This document shows, piece after piece, positions 40,282-49,455 of a DNA stretch of 64,000 bases. The DNA lies in the NCBI GenBank assembly GCA_965197585.1, contig OZ240215.1, forward strand, positions 1,536,001-1,600,000, read 5' to 3'. Position numbers and translations under genes: made by a program. This DNA is from Dehalococcoidia bacterium. Lineage in GTDB: Bacteria > Chloroflexota > Dehalococcoidia > Plut-88900. The notes beneath the pieces were generated by a model that searched no databases, was not told where the DNA came from, and was given only the letters and a program-made list of their open reading frames with translations. Every line of letters starts with the position of its first letter. Within the stretch, counting starts at the first letter, position 1.

Positions 40282-40812
40282 TCACCCGGTAGGACCGGCG
40301 GGCGGGAGAGGGCCGGTGGAGCGGTCGGTTCCGAGGGTAGGCCAGATACGCAGGAGGACGGTCTCCGCTGGCGGGACGGGCATCATGGCGCGGCGCGGGA
40401 GGTCGCGGGATGCGAGCGCGCGCCTGACCGCCTCGGCGCTCGCCTCGGGCTGGGTAGAAGCACACGCCAGCACGACATCGACACGCGCGGGAACGGTACG
40501 CCCGCAATGGACGACCGTCGCAAGTGCGCCGGGCTCGAGGTTCCGCCACCACCCGCCGTGGAGGCTGGTCAACGCCTCGAGCGCGCCGTCGTCCGCTCGG
40601 CGGTAGGCGACGGGTGTCTCGTAGCGCTTGCCGGTGCGCCTGCCCTCGAAGCACAGGACGATGACGTGCCGGCTCATCAGTCCGTGCAGTGGTGAGTGGA
40701 GTAGGGCGCGGGCGAGGGGGTTGATCTTGGGAAAAACGGCAGGCACGAGCCGCCGCGCCACCCACCTCGCGATGGCCGTCCTGAGCGAGCACGTCTTGAT
40801 ACGCGTTCTCAT
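40282..40812 (-). CDS. Nitroreductase/deazaflavin (F420)-dependent DDN-like protein
   Basis: NPL..ALLHSPLHGL, GRRTGKRYETPVAY and WWRNL motifs. Confidence 0.7.
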   Translation of the reverse strand: MRTRIKTCSLRTAIARWVARRLVPAVFPKINPLARALLHSPLHGLMSRHVIVLCFEGRRTGKRYETPVAYRRADDGALEALTSLHGGWWRNLEPGALATVVHCGRTVPARVDVVLACASTQPEASAEAVRRALASRDLPRRAMMPVPPAETVLLRIWPTLGTDRSTGPLPPAGPTG

Positions 40813-41000
40813 TCGTCGGACCGCCCGTTTACCGCTCTCAGGCCAAGCATGCCGATGAGCGTAGCGGAGACGGCGGGGGCGTGTCTATCATCGGCGGGGC
40901 GCTTGGCAAGGCCCGCTTCCCCCTCCAGCACGTAGCGCTCGAGTAGTTGATAGACGGTCGGGGCGAAACCCCGTTGCGCGAACGAATCCCGCCTCTCTAT
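40809..41000 (-). pseudogene. Truncated 3' fragment of an upstream gene (possibly a regulator C-terminus), cut off by the repeat mosaic
   Basis: Short frame with ATGA coupling to the DDN-like gene; its 5' end runs into REP sequence at about 41016. Confidence 0.35.
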
Positions 41001-41015
41001 CCTACCCCTTCCCTC

Positions 41016-41670
41016 CGTCATTCCTGCCTAGGTCGTAGATGCGCCTTTGGCGTGTAGGCCGAAGGTGCGCCGTGACGTGAATCCATCGCCGGATGCGGGG
41101 TCGGTCGTCCCGTCTTTCATGCGGGGCCGCTCACCCTGAGCAAGCTGAAAGTCCGCCGAGGCGGATCGAAGGGTCGAGCGGGGGCGACCCACGCCCCTCC
41201 AATCCGTCACGCCCCACCCCCCGAGGGGAGCCTGTCCGCCAAAGGCGGATCATCCCGAGGCCCCACGAGGGATATAGGACTTGCCCTCTCACACCCTTCC
41301 TCGCCTTTCCTCGCCCTCCCCACTTGGTAACGATATACCAATAAAACAGGGCGGGTGGGCAGGCTGTAAGTGCGCCTATGGCGTGACTCAACTTATCCCG
41401 GCGGGGTCGGGAAGGGCGTCCCCCCCCCCCGACCCCCTCCCTCAACCCACCATTCCGATGCCCCGCGAGGTCGGAGATGCGCCTTAGGCGTGAATCTAGG
41501 ACTTGCCCACTCACACATCTTACCCCCTCCCCAGCGTTGGGCCGCTCATGCTGAGGCTCTCGAAGTATGAGCGGGGGGCGGCCCGCGTTTGCCAATCCGT
41601 CGCGCCCGTCTTTCCCCCGGACACCCCATTCCACCCCATCATCCTCTCACTCCCCGGTACGTGTGGCATA
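41016..41670. repeat. BIME-like mosaic of REP families
   Basis: Concatenated family B/C units, TCCGCC-N-GGCGGA hairpins and the CTTGG.AACGATATA..AATAAAACAGGG block shared with 54430-54845. Confidence 0.75.
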
Positions 41671-41676
41671 ACCCCC

Positions 41677-41705
41677 TTGACTTTACTGAACATATGTACT
41701 ATATT
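41677..41705 (+). promoter_or_regulatory. Sigma70 promoter with a LexA (GAAC-N4-GTTC-type) box
   Basis: TTGACT-17-TATATT; GAAC-ATAT-GTAC at 41688-41699. Confidence 0.7.
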
Positions 41706-41787
41706 ACCTCTCAGGCCCGACATCCCGCGTCGGCCCTAATCAAGGAATAGGTGGAACATCCGCCCCTGGCGGAACAAAAGGAGTCCC

Positions 41788-42870
41788 ATGAGTCGCACAA
41801 GGCTAATCAGGCCCCGTCGTCCCCGAGCGGTATGTCACCGCCCGGCCCCCGGCACGCGCCTCCTCCCCAATCCTCATTCCCGCCTGGACCATTCCCTGAG
41901 GCGGGGCATTCCGCTCGCCCTGAGCCGAGTCGAAGCATGTCCTGAGCCCCGTCGAAGGGGGTCTCAAGAGCGGAATGGGTGGGGCCTCCTCCCCTGTCCT
42001 CTCCATCTCAACTCCCACTACAAGCGCTGCCCAAAGGCCCTACGCCTACGCCTTCGCAGCGATCAATCACCGTCCCGCCCCCTGCATGGAAGGTCCCCGG
42101 ACAAATCACGGCACGCCCTTTCCAAGGACCACTGCCAAGTGCGCGCCCCACTCAAACGGCGCTTAGGTTTCGCCTCTTCAGGCGACGCCCTGGAGCACAT
42201 CGTCATGTCTCCACCTCGGGCCATAGTGCCCCCTTGGGCCTCCGCGCCCTTACCGGACTCCCACGGCCTAGACCTTGCCGGCCAGTCCGAACAGTCGGAT
42301 GAGCGCCGACTCAAAACCAACGCACCCTTCTCGGACTCCGCCGTCGCAGCCCTTGCCGGCCAATCCGAACAGTCGGATGAGCGCCGACTCAAAACCAACG
42401 CACCATTTAAGGATTCCACCGTCGTCACAACCGGAGAACTTCCGACTACGAACGCCGGTCACGGGTCCACGCTCCCATCCCTTAGGGTGGTCGAGCACTT
42501 CTTTACGGATTCCACCGTCGTCACAACCGGAGAACTTCCGACTACGAACGCCGGTCACGGGTCCACGCTCCCATCCCTTAGGGTGGTCGAGCACTTCTTT
42601 ACGGATTCCACCGTCGTCACAACCGGACTACTTCCGACTACGAACGCCGGTCACGGGTCCCCGCTCCCATCCCTTGGGATGGTCGAGCACTTCTGGTGGT
42701 CGGGACTGCCCCACAGCGAGACTTCCTCGCGTCTCCTCCACATCCTCTCAGAAGTTCGGGGCTGTCGCAGAGTCGTCGCCGATGTGAACCGTCCCCAGGG
42801 GCGGACACCGTGCATCGGTACAGGCGTCGCCGTCTTCCTGCACAAACGTCCGGGACCTTCCATCCCCTCC
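41788..42870 (+). pseudogene. Internally deleted phage terminase large subunit-like relic, copy A (REP inserts, in-frame tandem duplications)
   Basis: AAGGAG-ATG start; GLDLAG...DSTVVT.GEL...VVEHFWWSG.PH...CRRVVAD...GTGVAVFL resembles a TerL RNase H-like nuclease domain; homologous to 54962-55500 and 62375-62890. Confidence 0.6.
42273..42694 (+). repeat. Tandem repeats: 78 bp x2, then 96 bp x3
   Basis: Units start at 42273/42351 and at 42411/42507/42603; near-identical copies. Confidence 0.9.
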
Positions 42871-42955
42871 CCCTCTGCCCCTCTAACAACCAAAACAGGT
42901 GTATACTCCCTCCATCCGGCATCCGGCCTTAGTCACCGACACGGGAGCAAGCGCC

Positions 42956-44284
42956 ATGACGAAGCTGAAGGTCGCTCACTACCTGAACCAGTTCTTCGCC
43001 GGCATCGGCGGCGAGGACAAGGCCAACACCTCACCGGGCACCGAACCCCGACCCCTCGGCCCCGGCAACTCCCTCCACCAGACCCTGACCTCCTCTGGCG
43101 ATGGAGCGGTCGTCGCAACCGTATTCTGCGGCGACACCTATTTCACCGAAAATGAAGAGGAAGCCCTCGACCGCATCGTCGAACTAGTCCGGGACTCTGG
43201 TGCCGACGTTCTCGTCGCCGGGCCCGCTTTCGGGTCGGGACGCTATGGCCTCGCCTGCGCCCAGGTCTGCCAAAAGGTTGCCTCTTCCCTCGGTATTCCC
43301 GTCGTAGCCGGAATGCACCCAGCCAGCCCGGGAGCCGAGCAGTACAAGGGCCAAGTCTACATCGCCTCCACCGCCGAGACCGCAGTCGGCATGCCAGCCG
43401 CCATCTCTGCTATGGCCAACTTGGCAGCAAAGCTAGGGCGTGGTGAAGAGCTCGGACCCGCCGACGAGGACGGCTATATACCCACCGGCCGGGTCAAGAC
43501 CCAGGTCCACGAAAAGACCATGGCCCAGAGACTTGTCGACATGGCCCTCAAGAAGGTCAGAGGCGAGCCTTTCGAGACCGAGTGGCCCCTCCCCACCATG
43601 GAGAAGATAGCCCCGGCGCCTGCCATAGATTCCTTGGCCGGTGCCCGTATCGCCCTCGTCACCGAGGGCGGCGTCGTCCCCAGGGGCAACCCCGACAAGA
43701 TTCCCAGCGGTTGGGCCCGCCACTGGGCCCGCTACGACATCGGCGAGACGTCAGACCTCACCGCCGAGGAATGGCAGTCGGTCCACGGCGGCTTCGATAC
43801 CACAACGTTAAACCGTGACCCGGACAGGGTCGTGCCCCTTGATGTGATGCGCGATCTGGAAGAAGAAAAGGCCATAGGCAAGGTCCATGAGTATATGTAC
43901 TCGACCGTCGGGAACCTTGGCTACGTCGCCAACATGAAGCAGTTCGGCCAGGATATCGCCGCCGAGCTTCAGGCCGCTGGCGTCCAGGGGGTGATCCTCA
44001 CCGGCACCTGAGGCACGGGTACACGTAGCGGCGCTACGCTTGCCAAAGAGTTGGAACGGGCCGGCCTTCCCACCGCCTTCATCACCGCAATGGTCCCATT
44101 GGCCCAGAGCATCGGTGCAAACCGGATCGTCCAGGGCAAATCAGTGACTACGACTACAGGCGACCCCAGCCTCCCCCCCGACGAAGAAAAAGCTTTCCGC
44201 CGACGCCTCGTCGAGAGGGCTCTCAAGTCACTGCAGTCCACTCCACAGGACCAGGAAGTCGTCTGGGGCGAGGACCGGGGCTAG
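42956..44284 (+). CDS. Glycine/betaine/sarcosine reductase selenoprotein B (GrdB)-family protein, Sec TGA at 44009-44011
   Basis: HYLNQFFAGIGGE, AGPAF.SGRYG, GNPDKI, HGGFD and DPDRVVPLD motifs. The frame continues GVILTGT-TGA-GTGTRSGATLAKELERAG into ORF 44051..44284. Confidence 0.9.
44012..44044 (+). promoter_or_regulatory. Putative bacterial SECIS hairpin
   Basis: GGCA...CGTAGC-GGC-GCTACG..TGCC directly after the TGA. Confidence 0.65.
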
Positions 44285-45819
44285 ACCGCCACCCGCTCCA
44301 GGTCTTTCAGTATGGCCTTTGCGGCGTTGTGTCCCGGTGCCCCAGTGATCTCTCCACCGGGGTGCGTCCCCGACCCGCACATGTAGAACCGGTTGATACT
44401 CGACCGGTACGGCATCCGACCCGTGAAAATCTGTTTCGTCGTTATGTCTATATGCCGGATGTTGCCGTCCGTGAGGAATTGCCTGATCTCGATGTCCTCC
44501 GGCGTCTGCAGCGTCCAGTCCACTATCGACTCCCGGAAGTTGGGTGCATAGGTCGTCAGTATGTCTATCAGCTGCTCCCCGACCTTCGGGCCCTCCACGT
44601 CCCACGAACCGTCTTTTAGCTCCGCAGGCGCATACAGCGTCCACGACGAAAGCACGTGGTGGCCCGCCGGCGTCAACGACTTGTCGTAGATCGAAGGCAT
44701 CTGCACGTTCATCACCGGGCAGCTTGAGGGATAGCCGTTCTTGGCGTCGTCCCAGCTCTGCTGGAAGTAGTCCACCGAGGGACAGATTCGGAAATACGCC
44801 GTCAGTCGAGGATCGTATTCCTCCCCCAGGTAGCTGCTGAAGTCGGGCAGCTCCCGTAGGGCAACCAGCAGCTTGACGCAGTTCGCTCGAGTGGATAGTC
44901 CGTCTACTTTGGTCTTCGTAGCCGCGTCTACGTCGGCCGCATCCACCAGGTCCCGGTAAGTGCGCTTGGGGTCGGCGTTGGACACGACCATGAAACTCCT
45001 GATCTCTTCACCGCTCTCCAACCTGACCCCGACCGCCGTCCCGTCTTCGACAATCACCTTGTCTACTACAGTGTTCAACCTGATCTCGACCCCGAGGGAC
45101 TTGGCATACCGGGCCATCGCGAAGGGCAGTTGGCTCATGCCACCGCGCGGTATGCCATAATTCTCCGGCTTGGTGAAGGTGTTTACTCGCAGATATGCCA
45201 GGCTCAGGATGCTGCCCGGTGCGCTTGGGTCACCTGCGTCCTGGGCGTCGATGAAGTGCGCCTTCACCTGCGGATGCTCGAAGTGCCTGTCGACCAGGTC
45301 TCTCATGCTGACGGTGAGCATGGTCTCCCACACTTCCTCATCACTCGTGCCCCGGACGTCCTGGTAAACCTCCGCAAGCGTCGGCGGCTCCCGGAACCAG
45401 TACCTGTGCAGGATCGCCGACGCCCTTTCCCAGAAGTTCACCCATTCAGGGAATGCCCGGGCATCCCTCTCCGAGAACCGGGCCAGCTCCTCTGCGTTCC
45501 GGTGATTCTCCCGGTACGTCATGATGTAGTTGCCGTCCGGGAACGGGTCGAACCGGAACGTCGTGAACGGGATTATGTCCAGCCCGTTGTCCCGCAACTT
45601 CAGGTCGTCGATCACCCGTCCCTGCATGATGTGCAGAATGTAGGCGCAGTAGGGGATGGTGAAGCCCGGGGCGAGTTCGTCGCTGACCACGGCGCCGCCC
45701 ACCATTTCGAGCCGCTCCAGCACCAGGACTTTCAGGCCTTCCTGGGCCAGATATCCCGCCGTGACGAGACCGTTGTGCCCCGCCCCGATGATGATGGCGT
45801 CGTATTCGTGCTGCTGCAT
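44281..45819 (-). CDS. Phytoene-dehydrogenase-like NAD(P)/FAD oxidoreductase (COG1233)
   Basis: IGAGHNGL, GGM..L, VSNADPK and YMCGSGTHPGG.ITGAPGHNAA motifs. Confidence 0.88.
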   Translation of the reverse strand: MQQHEYDAIIIGAGHNGLVTAGYLAQEGLKVLVLERLEMVGGAVVSDELAPGFTIPYCAYILHIMQGRVIDDLKLRDNGLDIIPFTTFRFDPFPDGNYIMTYRENHRNAEELARFSERDARAFPEWVNFWERASAILHRYWFREPPTLAEVYQDVRGTSDEEVWETMLTVSMRDLVDRHFEHPQVKAHFIDAQDAGDPSAPGSILSLAYLRVNTFTKPENYGIPRGGMSQLPFAMARYAKSLGVEIRLNTVVDKVIVEDGTAVGVRLESGEEIRSFMVVSNADPKRTYRDLVDAADVDAATKTKVDGLSTRANCVKLLVALRELPDFSSYLGEEYDPRLTAYFRICPSVDYFQQSWDDAKNGYPSSCPVMNVQMPSIYDKSLTPAGHHVLSSWTLYAPAELKDGSWDVEGPKVGEQLIDILTTYAPNFRESIVDWTLQTPEDIEIRQFLTDGNIRHIDITTKQIFTGRMPYRSSINRFYMCGSGTHPGGEITGAPGHNAAKAILKDLERVAV

Positions 45820-45842
45820 TTAATGTGCTCCCGGGCCCCTGG

Positions 45843-46934
45843 CTAGTCGTACATGATGACGCTTCTGGCGATGTGTGCGTCCCTCATATCCTCGAAAGCC
45901 TCGTTAATGTCTTCCAGCTTGATCCGCTTGGAGATTATCTCGTCCAGCTTCAGCCGACCCTGTCGGTAAAGCTCCATGTACTGCGGCATGTCCACCCTGA
46001 AGTGGTTGGAGCCCATGTTGCTTCCCTGGATTCGGCGCCCGTCCAGCAACGAGGGCCCGTCTATCGTGACCTTTGTCCCCTGCGGGATCATGCCGATAAC
46101 CGTGGCCATACCACCCTTATCGAGCATGTCGTAGCACTGCTCTGCCGTAACCGCCTTCCCTATCGCCTCGAACGCATAGTCCACTCCCAGGCCTCCCGTG
46201 AGTCCTTTTACCTTGTCGACTACCCCACCCTTCGACGCGTCGATAACGTCCGTAGCCCCGACCCTCTGCGCAAATCCCAGCTTGTCCTCCACGGCGTCTA
46301 TCGCTATGACTTTCGCCGCCCCGGCAATGATCGCTCCATTGATCGCGCTCAGTCCAACCCCCCCACACCCCACAACCGCCACGGTACTCCCCGGCCTCAC
46401 CCTGGCTGTCCTCATCGCCGCCCCGACTCCCGTGGTCACGCCACAACCTATCAACGCCTGCACTTCGATTGGCACATCCTCTTCCACAACCACCGCCGCG
46501 TTCTCGTGGACCAGCATGTACTCCGCAAAGGAAGACAGGTTCATCGCTTGGTGGATCACTTCGTCGCCCTTGTGCAGGCGCGGCGACTCATTACGCCCCC
46601 TCTTGAGGCCTACTCCCCTGCAGTTCACCATCTCGCCCTGTATGCACTTGTCGCAGGTGCCGCAGAACACGGAAAGGCAGGTTATGACCCTGTCTCCCGG
46701 CTGATGGTACGTCACCTGGGCCCCGACTGCTGCCACCGTCCCCGCAGCCTCGTGTCCCAGGATGGTCGGCAGGGGGCACTTGTACAGCCCGTCTATGTAG
46801 TGCAGGTCGCTGTGGCAAACTCCGGAAGCTCCCGTCTTTATCAATATCTCCCGGGGCCCGGGTTCCCCTACGTCAACCTCTTCTATGGTAACCGGCTCGT
46901 ACGGCGCCCTCATAACGGCTGCTTTCATCTTCAT
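45843..46934 (-). CDS. Zn-dependent alcohol dehydrogenase (class III/FDH-like)
   Basis: CHSDLH, GHEAAG, CGTCDKC, GCGVTTG and GCGGVG motifs. Confidence 0.92.
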   Translation of the reverse strand: MKMKAAVMRAPYEPVTIEEVDVGEPGPREILIKTGASGVCHSDLHYIDGLYKCPLPTILGHEAAGTVAAVGAQVTYHQPGDRVITCLSVFCGTCDKCIQGEMVNCRGVGLKRGRNESPRLHKGDEVIHQAMNLSSFAEYMLVHENAAVVVEEDVPIEVQALIGCGVTTGVGAAMRTARVRPGSTVAVVGCGGVGLSAINGAIIAGAAKVIAIDAVEDKLGFAQRVGATDVIDASKGGVVDKVKGLTGGLGVDYAFEAIGKAVTAEQCYDMLDKGGMATVIGMIPQGTKVTIDGPSLLDGRRIQGSNMGSNHFRVDMPQYMELYRQGRLKLDEIISKRIKLEDINEAFEDMRDAHIARSVIMYD

Positions 46935-46997
46935 CTCGGGTGTCCTCCTTGGGTTTTGGTCAATCGGACTCGGTCATTCGTAACGTGATTCGTATTG

Positions 46998-48080
46998 CTA
47001 GTCAAAGGTGAGCACACTCCGGGCCACGTGGCCTTCTTTCATGTCATCAAAGGCCCTGTTTACGTCTTCCAGGGGCATCTGCTGGGAGATCATCTCCTTC
47101 AGCTTCAACCGACCCTGTAGATATAGCTCTATGTAGCGGGGCATGTCGATCCGGAACCTGTTCGACCCCATGCTGCTCCCGCCAATTTTTCTCTCACTCA
47201 ATAGGGACGGCCCGTCCAGGTGGATCATCGTTCCTTCGGGAATCATCCCGATAACCGTGGCCAAGCCTCCGGAATCGAGCATGTTGTACGCCTGCTCCGC
47301 CGTCTCTTTCAGCCCGATAGCTTCGAATGAGTAGTCGACGCCCCTCGGCGAGAGTGAGAACACCTTATCCACCGTCCCCCCACCCGAAGCGTCAATTACA
47401 TCCGTCGCCCCAAGCTCCCTCGCCAACGCCAGCTTAGTCTCTATCGTGTCGATGGCGATAATCCGCTCGGCGCCGGCGAGCACCGCCCCTTGCAAAGCAC
47501 TCAGCCCGATTCCCCCCAGCCCCAGCACCGCCACCGTGCTTCCAGGTGCAACCTTTGCAGTGTTCAGGGCAGCGCCCACACCCGTCGTAACCGCACACCC
47601 GATCAACGCCACCTCTTCGAGGGGAACATCCTTCCGTATCTTGCAGGTGGCATTCTCATGCACCAGCATGTACTCTGCGAACGTGGACAGGAACGAAAAC
47701 TGGTGCATGATGTCCCCATTCTGTCGCAGGCGAGAAGGCTCGCTGGGGAGACGTTCCATCCCTTTCCTACGGCATAGGTTAGGATGCCCGCTCAGGCACT
47801 TGTCACATACGCCGCAGAATACCGAGAGACACGTAATCACGTGGTCGCCCGGCTTCACGTAGTCCACCATCGACCCCACAGCCTCTATCACCCCTGCCGC
47901 CTCGTCACCCAGCACAGTCGGCAAGGGGAACGAGTACTTGCCCTCCATGTAATGAAGGTTGCTGTGGCAGACCCCCGAGGCCACCGTCCGCACCACCACC
48001 TCGTTCGGCCCCGGATCATCGATCTGTACGTCCTCAATAGTTAGCGGGGTATCGACCTCGCGTAGTACGGCTGCTTTCAT
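46998..48080 (-). CDS. Zn-dependent alcohol dehydrogenase paralog with variant catalytic site
   Basis: CHSNLH, GDEAAG, CGVCDKC and GCAVTTG motifs. Confidence 0.9.
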   Translation of the reverse strand: MKAAVLREVDTPLTIEDVQIDDPGPNEVVVRTVASGVCHSNLHYMEGKYSFPLPTVLGDEAAGVIEAVGSMVDYVKPGDHVITCLSVFCGVCDKCLSGHPNLCRRKGMERLPSEPSRLRQNGDIMHQFSFLSTFAEYMLVHENATCKIRKDVPLEEVALIGCAVTTGVGAALNTAKVAPGSTVAVLGLGGIGLSALQGAVLAGAERIIAIDTIETKLALARELGATDVIDASGGGTVDKVFSLSPRGVDYSFEAIGLKETAEQAYNMLDSGGLATVIGMIPEGTMIHLDGPSLLSERKIGGSSMGSNRFRIDMPRYIELYLQGRLKLKEMISQQMPLEDVNRAFDDMKEGHVARSVLTFD

Positions 48081-48335
48081 GGGTCACCTCCCTATCGTGG
48101 GTCTCGATGCGGTGTAAGTTTAGTTAGCGGCACACAATGCGGGTCACGGGTGAGTTTATTATCCCCCGTCGCACGGAGTCAACATGTCTATCCCGCATCA
48201 GAAAATATGCCCGCGCCGATGATTAAACCGCTCTCCTCATTATTCGCCGACCCAATCTGCTGTAAGATGTAGGAACAACGCTGGTTCCACAAGGACCCGC
48301 GTTACAATTCCATATGCCAATTTCCCACTAGGAGC

Positions 48336-48881
48336 TTGCCCATGACGTCGCCCTCAGGTTCCAAGATCATCATGGAAGGCCAATTTGACACGCGCTACAT
48401 TGGATACTACCGCATTTGGGTGTCCATGTTCCTTGTCATCACCGTAGTCGGCATTCTCTTCATACCGTTCTGGCTGATTTTCAGCCTGTGGTACGGCCCC
48501 GAGTCCATACGCCGCCTCTCCGTTCGGCTCACCCCAACCACCCTCGAAATCGGGAAAGGCGTCTACTTCCGTAAAGAAATCACCATTCCCCTGAGCCGCA
48601 TCACCGACGTCCGGCTCCACGATGGCCCCCTGATGCGATTCTTCCGCATCCGCGGCCTTAAGGTCGAGACCGCAGGCCAGTCCGGCAATGATGCAGGCAC
48701 AGAGGGTGATCTCGTCGGCGTCATCGACCCAGTGGAGTTTCGGGACGCCATCCTTCGCCAGCGTGAGGGTATAGTGGAAGGCGCTCAGCCCCCCACCCCC
48801 TCCCCTGCCGCTTCCGGTGACACTGACTCCGTCCTAACCGAAATCCGGGACATCCTCGCCCGCATAGAGTCAAAGGCCTGA
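48336..48881 (+). CDS. Bacterial PH-domain (YdbS/bPH_2-like) membrane protein
   Basis: N-terminal TM pair; IPL.RITDV...GPLMR.F....LKVETAG. Confidence 0.8.
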   Translation: MPMTSPSGSKIIMEGQFDTRYIGYYRIWVSMFLVITVVGILFIPFWLIFSLWYGPESIRRLSVRLTPTTLEIGKGVYFRKEITIPLSRITDVRLHDGPLMRFFRIRGLKVETAGQSGNDAGTEGDLVGVIDPVEFRDAILRQREGIVEGAQPPTPSPAASGDTDSVLTEIRDILARIESKA

Positions 48882-48933
48882 ATGACCTGAGACTAACCTG
48901 GGTGCGTCGCACTCCACTCAACCCCCTGATTAC

Positions 48934-48977
48934 AAAAGGAATCGGCGAATGCCCAGGGCATTCGCCGATTCCTTTTT
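48934..48977. terminator. Bidirectional Rho-independent terminator
   Basis: AAAAGGAATCGGCGAATGCCC-A-GGGCATTCGCCGATTCCTTTTT between convergent genes. Confidence 0.85.
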
Positions 48978-48996
48978 CTGCAAAATAGTTGGGCAG

Positions 48997-49455
48997 CTAC
49001 TCCGTAGTTACCTTCTCTCCCTTACCGACTAGAGCGGCCTTCAGGGTATGCCAGGCGAGGCTCGCGCACTTGACCCGCATCGGGAATTGGCTGACTCCAG
49101 TCAACGCCGCTAGCTTGCCCAGCCTATCGATTGCCTCCATCATATCCATGCCGGTCTCCCCGGTCACCGACTCGTGGAACAGTTCAAACAGCTCCCGGGC
49201 TTCCTCTTTATTCAGACCCTTAACCAGCTCCGTCATCATTGACGCCGAGGCCTTGGAGATAGCGCACCCATCCCCCTGAAACCCCACTGCCATGATAGTC
49301 TCCCCGTCCAGCACGACTTCCACGTTTATTATGTCCCCGCACAGCGGGTTGTACCCTTGCGCCGAGCCGTTTGCGTTTTCGAGTGGCCCGAAGTTTCGGG
49401 GCCGGTTGTTGTGGTCCAACACGGCCTGCTGATACAGGTCTGAAAGATCGCTCAT
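48997..49455 (-). CDS. sufU: SUF system NifU-family Fe-S assembly protein
   Basis: NPLCGD, GCAISKAS and RVKCA motifs. Confidence 0.93.
   Translation of the reverse strand: MSDLSDLYQQAVLDHNNRPRNFGPLENANGSAQGYNPLCGDIINVEVVLDGETIMAVGFQGDGCAISKASASMMTELVKGLNKEEARELFELFHESVTGETGMDMMEAIDRLGKLAALTGVSQFPMRVKCASLAWHTLKAALVGKGEKVTTE

Noticed and set aside
41028-41739. Short ORFs within REP mosaics (also 54338-54865 and 61905-62999)
   Set aside because: Translations of palindromic repeats with low-complexity Pro/Arg/Gly content and no RBS support.
42273-42694. Possible CRISPR array
   Set aside because: Units are 78/96-bp full tandem duplications with no unique spacers, and there are no cas genes.
1401-44011. 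Alternative genetic code (UGA=Trp/Gly) or three independent nonsense pseudogenes
   Set aside because: TGA terminates many genes here and TGG encodes Trp. All three TGAs fall at conserved Cys/Sec positions with downstream hairpins, so Sec is the more economical explanation.
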